This document shows positions 20,388 to 28,846 of a DNA stretch of 64,000 nucleotides, in pieces. The DNA comes from an uncultured Bifidobacterium sp. Its GTDB lineage: Bacteria; Verrucomicrobiota; Verrucomicrobiia; Limisphaerales; JADLHS01. The DNA lies in the NCBI GenBank assembly GCA_964539515.1, contig CAZIJO010000003.1, forward strand, positions 21,490 to 85,489. The letters are read 5' to 3'. The notes under the pieces were generated by a model. It saw only the letters and a list, made by a program, of their open reading frames with translations. It was not told the origin of the DNA and did no database searches. The translations under genes and the position numbers were made by a program. Numbering within the stretch: position 1 is the first letter of the stretch; each line of letters begins with the position of its first letter.

Positions 20388-21419
20388 CTATCGCGAGCGC
20401 GCCGTGATGCGCTCAATCGCCCACTGGGCGTGTTCACGAACCAGAGGTTCGGGATCCTGTCGGGCCTTTTCCAAAGTCGCGAGGCTGTTCTCATCCCCCG
20501 TATTTCCCAAGGCCACACAAACATTGCGCAGCAGACCCCGACGTTTCGTTCGCAGTACCGGAGTGCCCGCAAATTTGGTCTTGAACCCAGTTTCGTCGAG
20601 CTTTAGCAATTCAATCAGATCCGGCGTGGCAAGCTCGGGACGGGCGTGTGGTTTCATCAAACTCCCTTCGCGGGCAAAGCGATTCCACGGGCAGACGGCG
20701 AGGCAGTCGTCGCACCCGTAGATGCGATTACCGATGAGCGGCCGCAGTTCCAACGGGATCGCGCCCTTGAGTTCGATGGTGAGGTAGGAGATGCAACGGC
20801 GGGCGTCGAGTTGGAACGGAGCGGTGATGGCTTGCGTCGGGCAGGCCGCGATGCAGCGCGTGCAGGTGCCGCAATGGTTTTTCTCGGGCGAGTCGGGTGG
20901 CAATTCCAGGGTCGTCAAAATTTCAGCCAGAAAAATCCAGTTGCCGAGCTTGCGGCTGATGAGATTGGTATGTTTGCCGACGAAACCCAGGCCGGCGCGT
21001 TGGGCGAAGTCGCGTTCCAAAATCGGCCCGGTGTCCACATACCAAAGCGAGCGGGTGCTTTCCCCGCCGAGTTCCTTCACGGCGGCGGCCAGGGATTTCA
21101 AACGCTCGGCCAGTACATCGTGGTAGTCGGTGAAGCGGGCATAGCGGGCCACCTCGCCGGAGGGCGGAGGGCGGAAGGCGGAGGGCGGAGGATCCGTCGC
21201 ATAGCTGATGGCCAGCATGATCACGCTTTGCGCACCCGGGAGGACCAATTGCGGATTCATCCGCTTGGCTGCGTTGCGTTCGAGCCAGCCCATTTCGCCG
21301 TGGCGTCCGTCGGCCAGCCATTGTCGCAGCTGAGGCGCACTTTGCGGCGGCGCGGCGGTGGTGAAGCGGCAGTCGTCGAAGCCGAGTTCCAAGGCCCGCT
21401 GGCGGATTGCCACTTTCAT
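20388..21419 (-). CDS. queG: epoxyqueuosine reductase
   Basis: YARFTDYH, VDTGPILER, CGTCTRCIAACPT, DARRCISYLTIE, YGCDDCLAVCPWN; start MKVAIR (21419). Confidence 0.95.
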   Translation of the reverse strand: MKVAIRQRALELGFDDCRFTTAAPPQSAPQLRQWLADGRHGEMGWLERNAAKRMNPQLVLPGAQSVIMLAISYATDPPPSAFRPPPSGEVARYARFTDYHDVLAERLKSLAAAVKELGGESTRSLWYVDTGPILERDFAQRAGLGFVGKHTNLISRKLGNWIFLAEILTTLELPPDSPEKNHCGTCTRCIAACPTQAITAPFQLDARRCISYLTIELKGAIPLELRPLIGNRIYGCDDCLAVCPWNRFAREGSLMKPHARPELATPDLIELLKLDETGFKTKFAGTPVLRTKRRGLLRNVCVALGNTGDENSLATLEKARQDPEPLVREHAQWAIERITARSR

Positions 21420-21441
21420 CCTAAATCCGGCAGTTGAAATC

Positions 21442-21588
21442 GCCACAAAGAGGCACAAGAAGCACAAAACACAGGACCACGATGGAAATACTACCGGTGA
21501 CATCCCTCAACGGCCAGGTGGACGATTCCGACGTCGGACAAAGTATGTCGAACCTAATTTCTTTGCGCCTTTTGTGCCTTTTTGTGGC
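21442..21588. repeat. inverted repeat pair with 9-nt periodic GCCACAAAG/AGGCACAAG units
   Basis: gccacaaagaggcacaagaagcacaaa (from 21442) versus tttgcgccttttgtgcctttttgtggc (ending 21588). Confidence 0.8.
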
Positions 21589-21676
21589 TGGTTGGACTGC
21601 GGTTTCCAGGTTCATCGGTGCGGAGTCAGTCAGGCGAAACACAAAGGCGCAACCAGACTTCTAAGGCGTGTGACTT

Positions 21677-21807
21677 AACGCAGAGGTCGCAATGGTTCTC
21701 GCCAAGGCCGCCAAGAAAATCCGCCTCGGCGTTCTTCGGCGCCAACCTCGGCGTCCTCTGCGTTAAAAAATCTTTGCGCCGTTGCATCTTTGCGACTTGG
21801 CGTTAAA
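21677..21807. repeat. AACGCAGAG...CTCTGCGTT inverted repeat plus a single CTTTGCG-type arm
   Basis: aacgcagaggtcgc (21677) pairs with gcgtcctctgcgtt (ending 21764); tctttgcgccgttgcatctttgcgacttggcgtt follows. Confidence 0.75.
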
Positions 21808-21815
21808 GACCGGAT

Positions 21816-22355
21816 TTATTTTCGCGCATGGGTGGCGAGGCGGAACTGGTGGACGACCTGTTGGGCAACCTCGCGAATGGAGCGAAACTCGGTGTTCAAG
21901 AGCACATCGGCCTGGCGGTAAAAGGGTTTTCGGGTGGCCAGCAGGGAGCAAATCTTGGCCCGCGGGTCGGCTTCGAGGAGCAGGGGACGATGGGTCTGGC
22001 TGTGGACGCGCTCGAAGATTTTATCCGGCGATGCCCACAGGCAGACCACCAGCGAGTGTTGCTTGAGGCTTTCCAGATTGACGGGGTTGACCGGCAGTCC
22101 CCCGCCGGTGGCAATCACCGTCCGGCTGCGGGTGGCTAGTTCCGCGACAAGTTGTTGTTCCAGTTCGCGAAAGGCCGGTTCTCCATGTTCGGCAAAAATC
22201 TCCGCGATCCGTTTGCCGGCGCGCGCCTCGATGAGTTCGTCCGTGTCGAGAAACTCAAAGTGTAATTGGTCCGCCACCAGCCGGCCGACGGACGACTTGC
22301 CCGTGCCCATGAATCCAATCAAGGCGACATTGACGATGGTGCGGGCCGCGGTCAC
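21816..22355 (-). CDS. aroK: shikimate kinase
   Basis: LIGFMGTGKSSVG, GEPAFRELE, IATGGG, RPLL. Confidence 0.95.
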   Translation of the reverse strand: MTAARTIVNVALIGFMGTGKSSVGRLVADQLHFEFLDTDELIEARAGKRIAEIFAEHGEPAFRELEQQLVAELATRSRTVIATGGGLPVNPVNLESLKQHSLVVCLWASPDKIFERVHSQTHRPLLLEADPRAKICSLLATRKPFYRQADVLLNTEFRSIREVAQQVVHQFRLATHARK

Positions 22356-22394
22356 GGGAATGAGTTAAACGGTTTTGGACGGGGTTGACACGTT

Positions 22395-22508
22395 CAAAGT
22401 CCAAGAACTGAAGTCGGAAGTCTGACGCCCAAAGTCTAAAGTCAATTGTCTGCCGTGGCGTGGTCAGGTTTGGGACTTTAGGCTTCAGACTTTAGCCTTT
22501 AGCCTTTA
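22395..22508. repeat. heptamer-periodic inverted repeat (AAAGTC / GACTTT)
   Basis: caaagtc caagaac tgaagtc ggaagtc tgacgcc caaagtc taaagtc versus gacttta ggcttca gacttta gccttta gccttta. Confidence 0.75.
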
Positions 22509-22973
22509 AATAACGAAGTCGAGGGCGCTGGCGGGGGTCAGTTCGAGTTTGCGCGCGCGCTCGGCCAGATCGGCCAGCGTGACCCGCTCCATGATGGCAA
22601 CGATGGCGTCGCGCGTGTCCTTCATCACGCTCCGGATGGCGCAGCGGGATTCGTCGGGGCAGGAGCATTTCTCGTAAAAGTTCTCACTCACGCAGCTGAT
22701 CGGTGCGAGTGCACCCTCAATGTGGCGGACAATTTCCGCCAGGTTGATTTTATCGGGCCGCCGCCGCAGGCGATAACCACCCGCCACCCCGCGCTTGCTC
22801 TCAACCAAGTGGGCGGATTTGAGATCGTTGAGGATCTGTTCCAGGAAACGTTTCGGAATGTTCTGCTTCCGCGAGATTTCCTGAATGCGCACCACGGAGT
22901 CATCCTCCTGAAAGTCACGCGCCAGAACCAACAGCGCTCGTAGCGCGTATTCCCCACGAACGGATAGTTTCAT
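22506..22973 (-). CDS. Rrf2 family transcriptional regulator (CymR/IscR-like)
   Basis: MKLSVRGEYALRALL, IPKRFLEQIL, SKRGVAGGYRL; four Cys in C-x8-C-x-C-x5-C; C-terminus LDFVI; divergent from the sulfur operon. Confidence 0.93.
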   Translation of the reverse strand: MKLSVRGEYALRALLVLARDFQEDDSVVRIQEISRKQNIPKRFLEQILNDLKSAHLVESKRGVAGGYRLRRRPDKINLAEIVRHIEGALAPISCVSENFYEKCSCPDESRCAIRSVMKDTRDAIVAIMERVTLADLAERARKLELTPASALDFVI

Positions 22974-23067
22974 GCCAGCAAGTAAACAATCTCTACCTGA
23001 AAAGTAAAGTTTTAGAGAATCAGAGAATATGTCGATATTACAGGCAAAAACAAACTACAAAATAACT

Positions 23068-23093
23068 ATTGACTTAGTAGAGATTAAGTCTAT
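23068..23093 (+). promoter_or_regulatory. candidate Rrf2 operator overlapping a TTGACT -35-like hexamer
   Basis: ATTGACTTA-GTAGAGAT-TAAGTCTAT dyad in the AT-rich divergent intergenic region; the core GTAGAGATT recurs inverted at 22988-22996. Confidence 0.55.
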
Positions 23094-23121
23094 TCTGGTC
23101 GCGTTGTTACGAAAAATAGGT

Positions 23122-23310
23122 ATGAAAACAATCGAAAATTCAGCCAAAACACCAGTGGTGGCGAACCAGGAAACCTGGCTTGAAACGGTGCGTGCCCAAG
23201 TCGCTTCGTTGCGCTTTGGCGTTGTGCAGATTGTTGTTCATGATTCCCAGGTCGTACAGATCGAGCGCACCGAGAAAGTAAGGCTCGACCGTAAACCGTT
23301 GGAAGGGTAA
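23122..23310 (+). CDS. YezD/DUF2292 family small protein
   Basis: SLRFGVVQIVVHDSQVVQIERTEKVRL signature. Confidence 0.9.
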   Translation: MKTIENSAKTPVVANQETWLETVRAQVASLRFGVVQIVVHDSQVVQIERTEKVRLDRKPLEG

Positions 23311-23339
23311 TACCGGTCAGACCACCGAAGGATGATGGA

Positions 23340-25073
23340 ATGAGGAGAATCGCGAAAACAATCCTGTTTGGTTGGAACATGCCAGTCATGGTTTTAGCTG
23401 GCCTGTTGTCACCAGTTGGGGGGAAAGCCCAACCGGTATCTTCGAACACCGTTCCGGCTGCCACGCCCTCCTCCCAAGCGGTCCCTGCTGCCAACGGAGT
23501 TTCTCCGAGCCAGCCAGAACAATCGGAGCTGATCAAAGAACTGCTCGGTCGCTTGGAGCGGCTTGAAAACAAGGAGGCGGAGCAAAAGCAGCGGACCGAA
23601 GCCGCCGAGAAGGCACACCAGGAAGAGGTGCAGAAACTCCTCGGGCGCATCGGTGAACTCGAGGGCAAGGTCGGCTCCCTTGAGTCGGGCAAGGTCCTGC
23701 CCGAGATCGCGGTTTCCCCAAAGGATGGGCCGACAACGCAGGAGCTGGATCAGAAACTTCGGGTGATGGCGCGCAACGAGGAGCTGGCGGCAGAAGCCGC
23801 CGAGGCGCAAGCCGCCGCGCGCGCGAAGGAAACGCCGCGAATCACGGCCGGGGCGAATGGATTCGCCATCAGTTCGGCGGACACGAACTATGTGTTGAAG
23901 CTACGGGGTTTGGTGCAGGTGGATTCGCGTTCCTTTTTTGACGACAATCAATACCTCGAAGGCAATGATGGTTTTTATTTGCGGCGCGCCCGGCCCATTT
24001 TCGAGGGCACGCTCTTTCGTGATTTCGATTTCAATTTGACGCCCGATTTCGGCGGCAACAACGTCCAAATCTTTGATGCCTGGATGAATTACCGTTACCG
24101 GCCCGAGTTGCAGTTGAAGGCCGGAAAGTTCAAGAGCCCGGTCGGATTTGAAATGTTGCAATCCGTCGGCATGCTGCCGTTTAACGAGCGTTCGTTGGTC
24201 AGCAATTTTGTGCCGGCACGAACCCTCGGCCTCCAAATCTGGGGAGACATTGCCGGTGGAGCGGTAAGTTATGCCGCCGGGGTTTTTGATGGCTCCGGGG
24301 ATGCGCGAGTTGCGAGCAACAGCGATATCGATGATGCCAAGGAATTCGCGGGACGGCTTGGGTTTCAACCATTCAAGCAAAGCGCCACCACCATGCTGAC
24401 GGGACTTCGCTTGGGCGCGGGCGGGAGCTTCACCCAGGTGCGTTCCAATACCGCCAGCTTGCCGAACACGACGGGCGGAACTTTGCCCGGTTATGTGACC
24501 TCCGCCTTGCAACAATTCTTTGCCTACAATCCGGCGATCGGGACCGTATATGCCGACGGGGTTCACTGGCGGATTTCCCCCTATGCGGCCTACACCCTGG
24601 GACCATTTGGGCTGTTGGGGGAATACATCGTTGCCCAGCAGGGCGTGGTAAACAGTGTGACCGGGGCGCGCGAGGATTTGTTGGATTCGGCCTGGCAGCT
24701 TTCTGCGCAATGGGTGTTGACGGGTGAAGATGCCTCCTTCACTGGCATCGCGCCGAAGTCGCCATTTGATCCGCGGGCTGGAAAATGGGGAGCCTGGCAG
24801 CTCGTGGCCCGCTTTGCCCAGGCGGATCTTGATTCAGATGCTTTCCCCGTTTTCTCCGATCCCACGCTTTCGGCGCATTCGGCCATGAGTTGGGGAATTG
24901 GGCTGAACTGGTGGCTGAACCGGAATGTCCGGGTGCTTACGAGTTATTCCAGAACCTGGTTTGGCGGCGGGGGCGAGGTGAATCCGGTGTTCATCGGCAC
25001 CCACGTGCCCCCGGCCACGGTTACGCACCAGGACGAAAGCGTATTCATGACCCGGCTCCAGCTTGCGTTTTAA
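23340..25073 (+). CDS. OprO/OprP-family anion-selective porin with N-terminal coiled coil
   Basis: LRGLVQVD, FYLRRARPIFEG, DAWMNYRY, KAGKFKSPVGFE, ERSLV; ends LQLAF (beta-signal Phe). Confidence 0.88.
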   Translation: MRRIAKTILFGWNMPVMVLAGLLSPVGGKAQPVSSNTVPAATPSSQAVPAANGVSPSQPEQSELIKELLGRLERLENKEAEQKQRTEAAEKAHQEEVQKLLGRIGELEGKVGSLESGKVLPEIAVSPKDGPTTQELDQKLRVMARNEELAAEAAEAQAAARAKETPRITAGANGFAISSADTNYVLKLRGLVQVDSRSFFDDNQYLEGNDGFYLRRARPIFEGTLFRDFDFNLTPDFGGNNVQIFDAWMNYRYRPELQLKAGKFKSPVGFEMLQSVGMLPFNERSLVSNFVPARTLGLQIWGDIAGGAVSYAAGVFDGSGDARVASNSDIDDAKEFAGRLGFQPFKQSATTMLTGLRLGAGGSFTQVRSNTASLPNTTGGTLPGYVTSALQQFFAYNPAIGTVYADGVHWRISPYAAYTLGPFGLLGEYIVAQQGVVNSVTGAREDLLDSAWQLSAQWVLTGEDASFTGIAPKSPFDPRAGKWGAWQLVARFAQADLDSDAFPVFSDPTLSAHSAMSWGIGLNWWLNRNVRVLTSYSRTWFGGGGEVNPVFIGTHVPPATVTHQDESVFMTRLQLAF

Positions 25074-25108
25074 GTCCCTGACCTATGAAAGGAATCAATC
25101 AAGTGCAA

Positions 25109-26107
25109 ATGACCAAACTCATCACCCTTTTGGTAGCCGCTTTGGCGGCCTTGGGCTCGGGAGCGGGCGTAAATGCCAAGGACTTCAAGCTCCTCAACGT
25201 CTCCTATGACCCCACGCGCGAGCTCTACACGGAGTACAACGCCGCCTTCGCGAAGTTTTGGAAGGAAAAGACCGGTGACACCGTGAAGATTGATCAATCC
25301 CACGGCGGCTCGGGCAAACAGGCGCGCTCGGTGATGGAAGGACTCTCCGCCGATGTCGTCACCCTCGCGCTGGCTTACGACGTGGACGTCATTGCGGAGA
25401 AGGCGAGACTGTTCCCGGCCACGTGGCAAAAGCGATTGCCCGGCAATAGTGCGCCCTACACCTCGACGATCGTATTCCTGGTGCGCAAAGGGAATCCCAA
25501 AGGCATCAAAGATTGGAACGACCTCGTCAAGCCGGGCGTGGCGATTATTCCGGCCAATCCCAAAACCTCCGGGGCGGCCCGGTGGACGTATCTGGCGGCG
25601 TGGGGCTACGTGTTGAAAAACGGCGGGGACGAGGTGAAGGCGAAAGAATTTGTGGCAAAATTCTACAAGAACGTGCCTGTGCTCGATACCGGCGCGCGGG
25701 GAGCGACCACCACCTTCATCCAGCGCGAAATCGGCGATGTGCTTGTGGGCTGGGAGAACGAGGCGTTCCTTGCGCTCAAGGAATACGGGGCGGACAAATT
25801 CGAAATCGTTGTTCCGTCCGTCAGCATTCTGGCGGAGCCGCCGGTGACGGTCGTGGACAAGGTGGCGAAGAAAAAGGGCACCGAAGCCGTTGCCACGGCA
25901 TATCTCGAATATCTTTACTCGGATGAGGGCCAGGAAATTGCCGGACGGAACTTTTATCGTCCGCGTTCCGAAAAGGCGGCAGCGAAGTACGCCAGCCAAT
26001 TCACCAAGGTCAGTCTGTTCACGATTGATGAAGTGTTCGGTGGCTGGCAGAAGGCGCACAAGGCGCACTTTGCGGACGGCGGCTCCTTTGATCAGATCCA
26101 ACGCTGA
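25109..26107 (+). CDS. sbp: sulfate ABC transporter substrate-binding protein
   Basis: [54 protein letters not shown]-type motif, [11 protein letters not shown]. Confidence 0.95.
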   Translation: MTKLITLLVAALAALGSGAGVNAKDFKLLNVSYDPTRELYTEYNAAFAKFWKEKTGDTVKIDQSHGGSGKQARSVMEGLSADVVTLALAYDVDVIAEKARLFPATWQKRLPGNSAPYTSTIVFLVRKGNPKGIKDWNDLVKPGVAIIPANPKTSGAARWTYLAAWGYVLKNGGDEVKAKEFVAKFYKNVPVLDTGARGATTTFIQREIGDVLVGWENEAFLALKEYGADKFEIVVPSVSILAEPPVTVVDKVAKKKGTEAVATAYLEYLYSDEGQEIAGRNFYRPRSEKAAAKYASQFTKVSLFTIDEVFGGWQKAHKAHFADGGSFDQIQR

Positions 26108-26141
26108 ACGCCTCGCGCACCACCGCCAGAGCCCAAAACCC

Positions 26142-27155
26142 ATGAACGTCACCGTTGCCGCAAAACGATTCGCGCTCGGAGCAATGGCCCTTGCTGCGGT
26201 GTCGTTGGCCGCGGCGGCGGAGACGAAGCTCTTGAATGCCTCATTCGACATTTCGCGTGAATTGTTCCAGCGCTACAACGAAGCCTTTGTGCGCCACTGG
26301 CAACAGGCAGGGGGCGCGAGCGTGGCGGTGAATCAGTCGCACGCCGGTTCTTCCAAGCAGGCGCGCGCGGTGATTGATGGCCTGGAGGCCGATGTGGTCA
26401 CTTTCAACCAGGTCACGGATGTGGAAGCGGTGGCCGAGCGTGGTCTGATCGCCCGCGACTGGCGCAAGCTGTTGCCGCATCAAAGTTCGCCTTTCAGCTC
26501 CACGATCGTGTTTCTGGTGCGCCAGGGAAACCCCAAGGGCATCAAGGACTGGAGCGACCTGGTGCAGCCCGGCATCTCGGTGATCGTGCCCAATCCGAAA
26601 ACCTCGGGCAACGGCCGTTACAGTTATTTGGCGGCGTGGGGATACGCGCTGAAGCAATCCGCCGGTGACGAGGCGAAGGCCCGCGAGTTTGTGGGGAAAC
26701 TGTTCGCGAACGTTCCCGTCCTCGACACCGGCGGTCGCGGTGCCACCACGACATTCGCCCAGCGCGAAATCGGCGATGTGCTGCTGACCTTCGAGGCGGA
26801 GGTGTATTTGACGGTGAAGGAATTTGGCGCGGGGAAATTCGAGGCGGTCGTGCCTTCGTGCAGTATTGAGGCCGACATGCCCGTGGCCGTAGTCCAAAAG
26901 GTGGTTGGCAAGCGCGGCACGGAGCAACTCGCACGCGCTTATCTCGAACACCTTTATTCGGACGAAGGGCAGGGGATCATTGCGGCCAATTATTATCGGC
27001 CCCGATCGCAAAAGGTTGCCGGGCAATACGCCGCCCAGTTCGGCAAGCTGGAGTTGTTCTCCGTCGAGAAAGTCTTTGGTGATTGGGCCAGCGCGCAAAA
27101 GACGCATTTCAGCGAGGGCGGCGTGTTCGACCAACTCTACAAAAAATCCAAGTGA
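26142..27155 (+). CDS. cysP: thiosulfate/sulfate ABC transporter substrate-binding protein (CysP-like)
   Basis: SFDISRELF, QSHAGSSKQAR, DVVTFNQVTDV and SGNGRYSYL match CysP rather than Sbp. Confidence 0.85.
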   Translation: MNVTVAAKRFALGAMALAAVSLAAAAETKLLNASFDISRELFQRYNEAFVRHWQQAGGASVAVNQSHAGSSKQARAVIDGLEADVVTFNQVTDVEAVAERGLIARDWRKLLPHQSSPFSSTIVFLVRQGNPKGIKDWSDLVQPGISVIVPNPKTSGNGRYSYLAAWGYALKQSAGDEAKAREFVGKLFANVPVLDTGGRGATTTFAQREIGDVLLTFEAEVYLTVKEFGAGKFEAVVPSCSIEADMPVAVVQKVVGKRGTEQLARAYLEHLYSDEGQGIIAANYYRPRSQKVAGQYAAQFGKLELFSVEKVFGDWASAQKTHFSEGGVFDQLYKKSK

Positions 27156-27157
27156 CC

Positions 27158-27982
27158 ATGAGCACGACCATGATTTCACGCTTCCCGGAAAAGCCGGCGG
27201 CAGCCCGCCTGCGTTCAGCCGGCGACGCCGTTGCGCCATTGGAGGCGCTGGCGGCCAGTTCGCCCAATTTGGTGGCGAATCACGAATTGCGCTTCGATCA
27301 GGCCGGTGAGTCCTATGTGTTGCCGCGTTACACTTATCTCGGGCTCCGCGGGGGCGACCGCCCCATCCGCATCGGCATTTTTGCCGGGATTCATGGCGAT
27401 GAGCCCGAGGGCGTGCGCGCGGCGGTGTTGTTTCTGAAGCTGCTGGAGAGCGTGCCCGAGGTGGCGCGAGGTTACTCCCTCACGGTCTATCCGGTTTGCA
27501 ACCCCACGGGCTACGAGGACAACACTCGCTTGTCACGCCGGGGCAGGGACCTGAACCGTGAATTCTGGACGAACTCGGGCGAGCCAGAGGTGAAACTTCT
27601 CGAAGCCGAGCTGGGCGCGCGTTCATTTGACGGCATCATCTCCCTGCACACGGACGATACCAGCGATGGTTTCTACGGTTATGCGCGGGGCGCCACATTA
27701 ACCAAACACCTGATCGAACCCGCCCTGGCCGCTGCCGAGCGGATTTTGCCGCGTAATGCTCGTGAGACCATCGACGGCTTTCGGGCGCGCAACGGAATCA
27801 TCTTGGAATGCTACCAAGGCGTCCTGAGCGCGCCGGCCAGTGCAAGTCCGCGTCCATTCGAAATCATCCTCGAAACGCCGCAGTCGCCCGCCCCCGAGGT
27901 CAAGGACGCCGCCTTCGTCGCGGCATTGCAAACCATCCTGCTCGAATACCGGAAGTTCATTGCCTACGCGCCCAACATTTGA
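27158..27982 (+). CDS. M14-family Zn metallopeptidase/deacylase (AstE/AspA-like), intact active site
   Basis: IHGDE, NPTG...R...DLNR, SLHTD, ILETP; no signal peptide; ends AYAPNI. Confidence 0.85.
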   Translation: MSTTMISRFPEKPAAARLRSAGDAVAPLEALAASSPNLVANHELRFDQAGESYVLPRYTYLGLRGGDRPIRIGIFAGIHGDEPEGVRAAVLFLKLLESVPEVARGYSLTVYPVCNPTGYEDNTRLSRRGRDLNREFWTNSGEPEVKLLEAELGARSFDGIISLHTDDTSDGFYGYARGATLTKHLIEPALAAAERILPRNARETIDGFRARNGIILECYQGVLSAPASASPRPFEIILETPQSPAPEVKDAAFVAALQTILLEYRKFIAYAPNI

Positions 27983-27992
27983 GCCCGCAACC

Positions 27993-28826
27993 ATGACGCT
28001 CGTGAACTCCAAACGGCACCCGGTCAAAGCGGCGAACGACTCGCGCCAGCCGGACCGGCTGTTGCGCTACTTCGATGCCGTCGCGGAAAAATCCGGCCAC
28101 CTGCTGAGCAAGGCGGTGAAGACGTTCGAGTCCGCTGGCGAACTCTATGGCCTCCCGCGTTTTATTTGGGCCGGGCCAGCGGGTGGTCATGACACGTTTC
28201 GCCTTGGCATTTTCGCCACGTTGAATGGCGATGAGCCGGAGGGCGCGTTTGCCCTGACGCGATTCATCGCGGGATTGGAACAAGCGCCCGAACTGGCGCG
28301 GGGCTATGCTTTCTCGATTTATCCGCTCTGCAACCCCACGGGCTTCGAGGACAACACCCGCCTCTCCCGTGCCGGCGCTGCGTTGAACCGTTTGTTCTGG
28401 ACCGAATCCGACGCGCCCGAAGTCCGCTTTCTCGAATCGGAAATCTGGATGCAGGCGTTTCACGGCATCCTCAACCTGCGCAGTGACGCGGAAACTGCGG
28501 GCGTTTATGGCTTCGCCTCGGGTGGGATCATCTCGCAGGCCTTGCTGCAACCCGCGCTTCAGGCGGCGGGAACCTTTCTCCCGCGCAATCGTCAACGCGA
28601 GATCGACGGCATCCCCGCCCGGCGCGGGATGGTGTATGCGGACATCTACAACGCCGCGCGCGGAGCGTTGCGCGCCGTGCCTGGCCTGGAGAATCCGCCG
28701 TTTGAAATTACCCTGGCCACACCGCGCGCGGCCGCGGTGCATCTGCAAGTCGAGGCGCTGAATGCGGCGTTGCTTGCCATCCTGTCCGAATTCCGCTCAT
28801 TACAGGCCTATGCCCAGAACATTTGA
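27993..28826 (+). CDS. M14-family paralog with degenerate active site
   Basis: Co-linear with paralog 1, but LNGDE (H>N), ALNR (D>A), LRSD (H>R), TLATP (E>A); ends AYAQNI. Confidence 0.82.
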   Translation: MTLVNSKRHPVKAANDSRQPDRLLRYFDAVAEKSGHLLSKAVKTFESAGELYGLPRFIWAGPAGGHDTFRLGIFATLNGDEPEGAFALTRFIAGLEQAPELARGYAFSIYPLCNPTGFEDNTRLSRAGAALNRLFWTESDAPEVRFLESEIWMQAFHGILNLRSDAETAGVYGFASGGIISQALLQPALQAAGTFLPRNRQREIDGIPARRGMVYADIYNAARGALRAVPGLENPPFEITLATPRAAAVHLQVEALNAALLAILSEFRSLQAYAQNI

Positions 28827-28846
28827 ACCACGACCAAGGTGAACCC

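Noticed and set aside
23332-23343. Mini-uORF ATG-ATG-GAA-TGA overlapping the porin start, as a possible Met-sensing leader
   Set aside because: The AAGGA element is correctly spaced as the Shine-Dalgarno for the porin ATG at 23340, leaving the mini-ORF without its own RBS; likely incidental.
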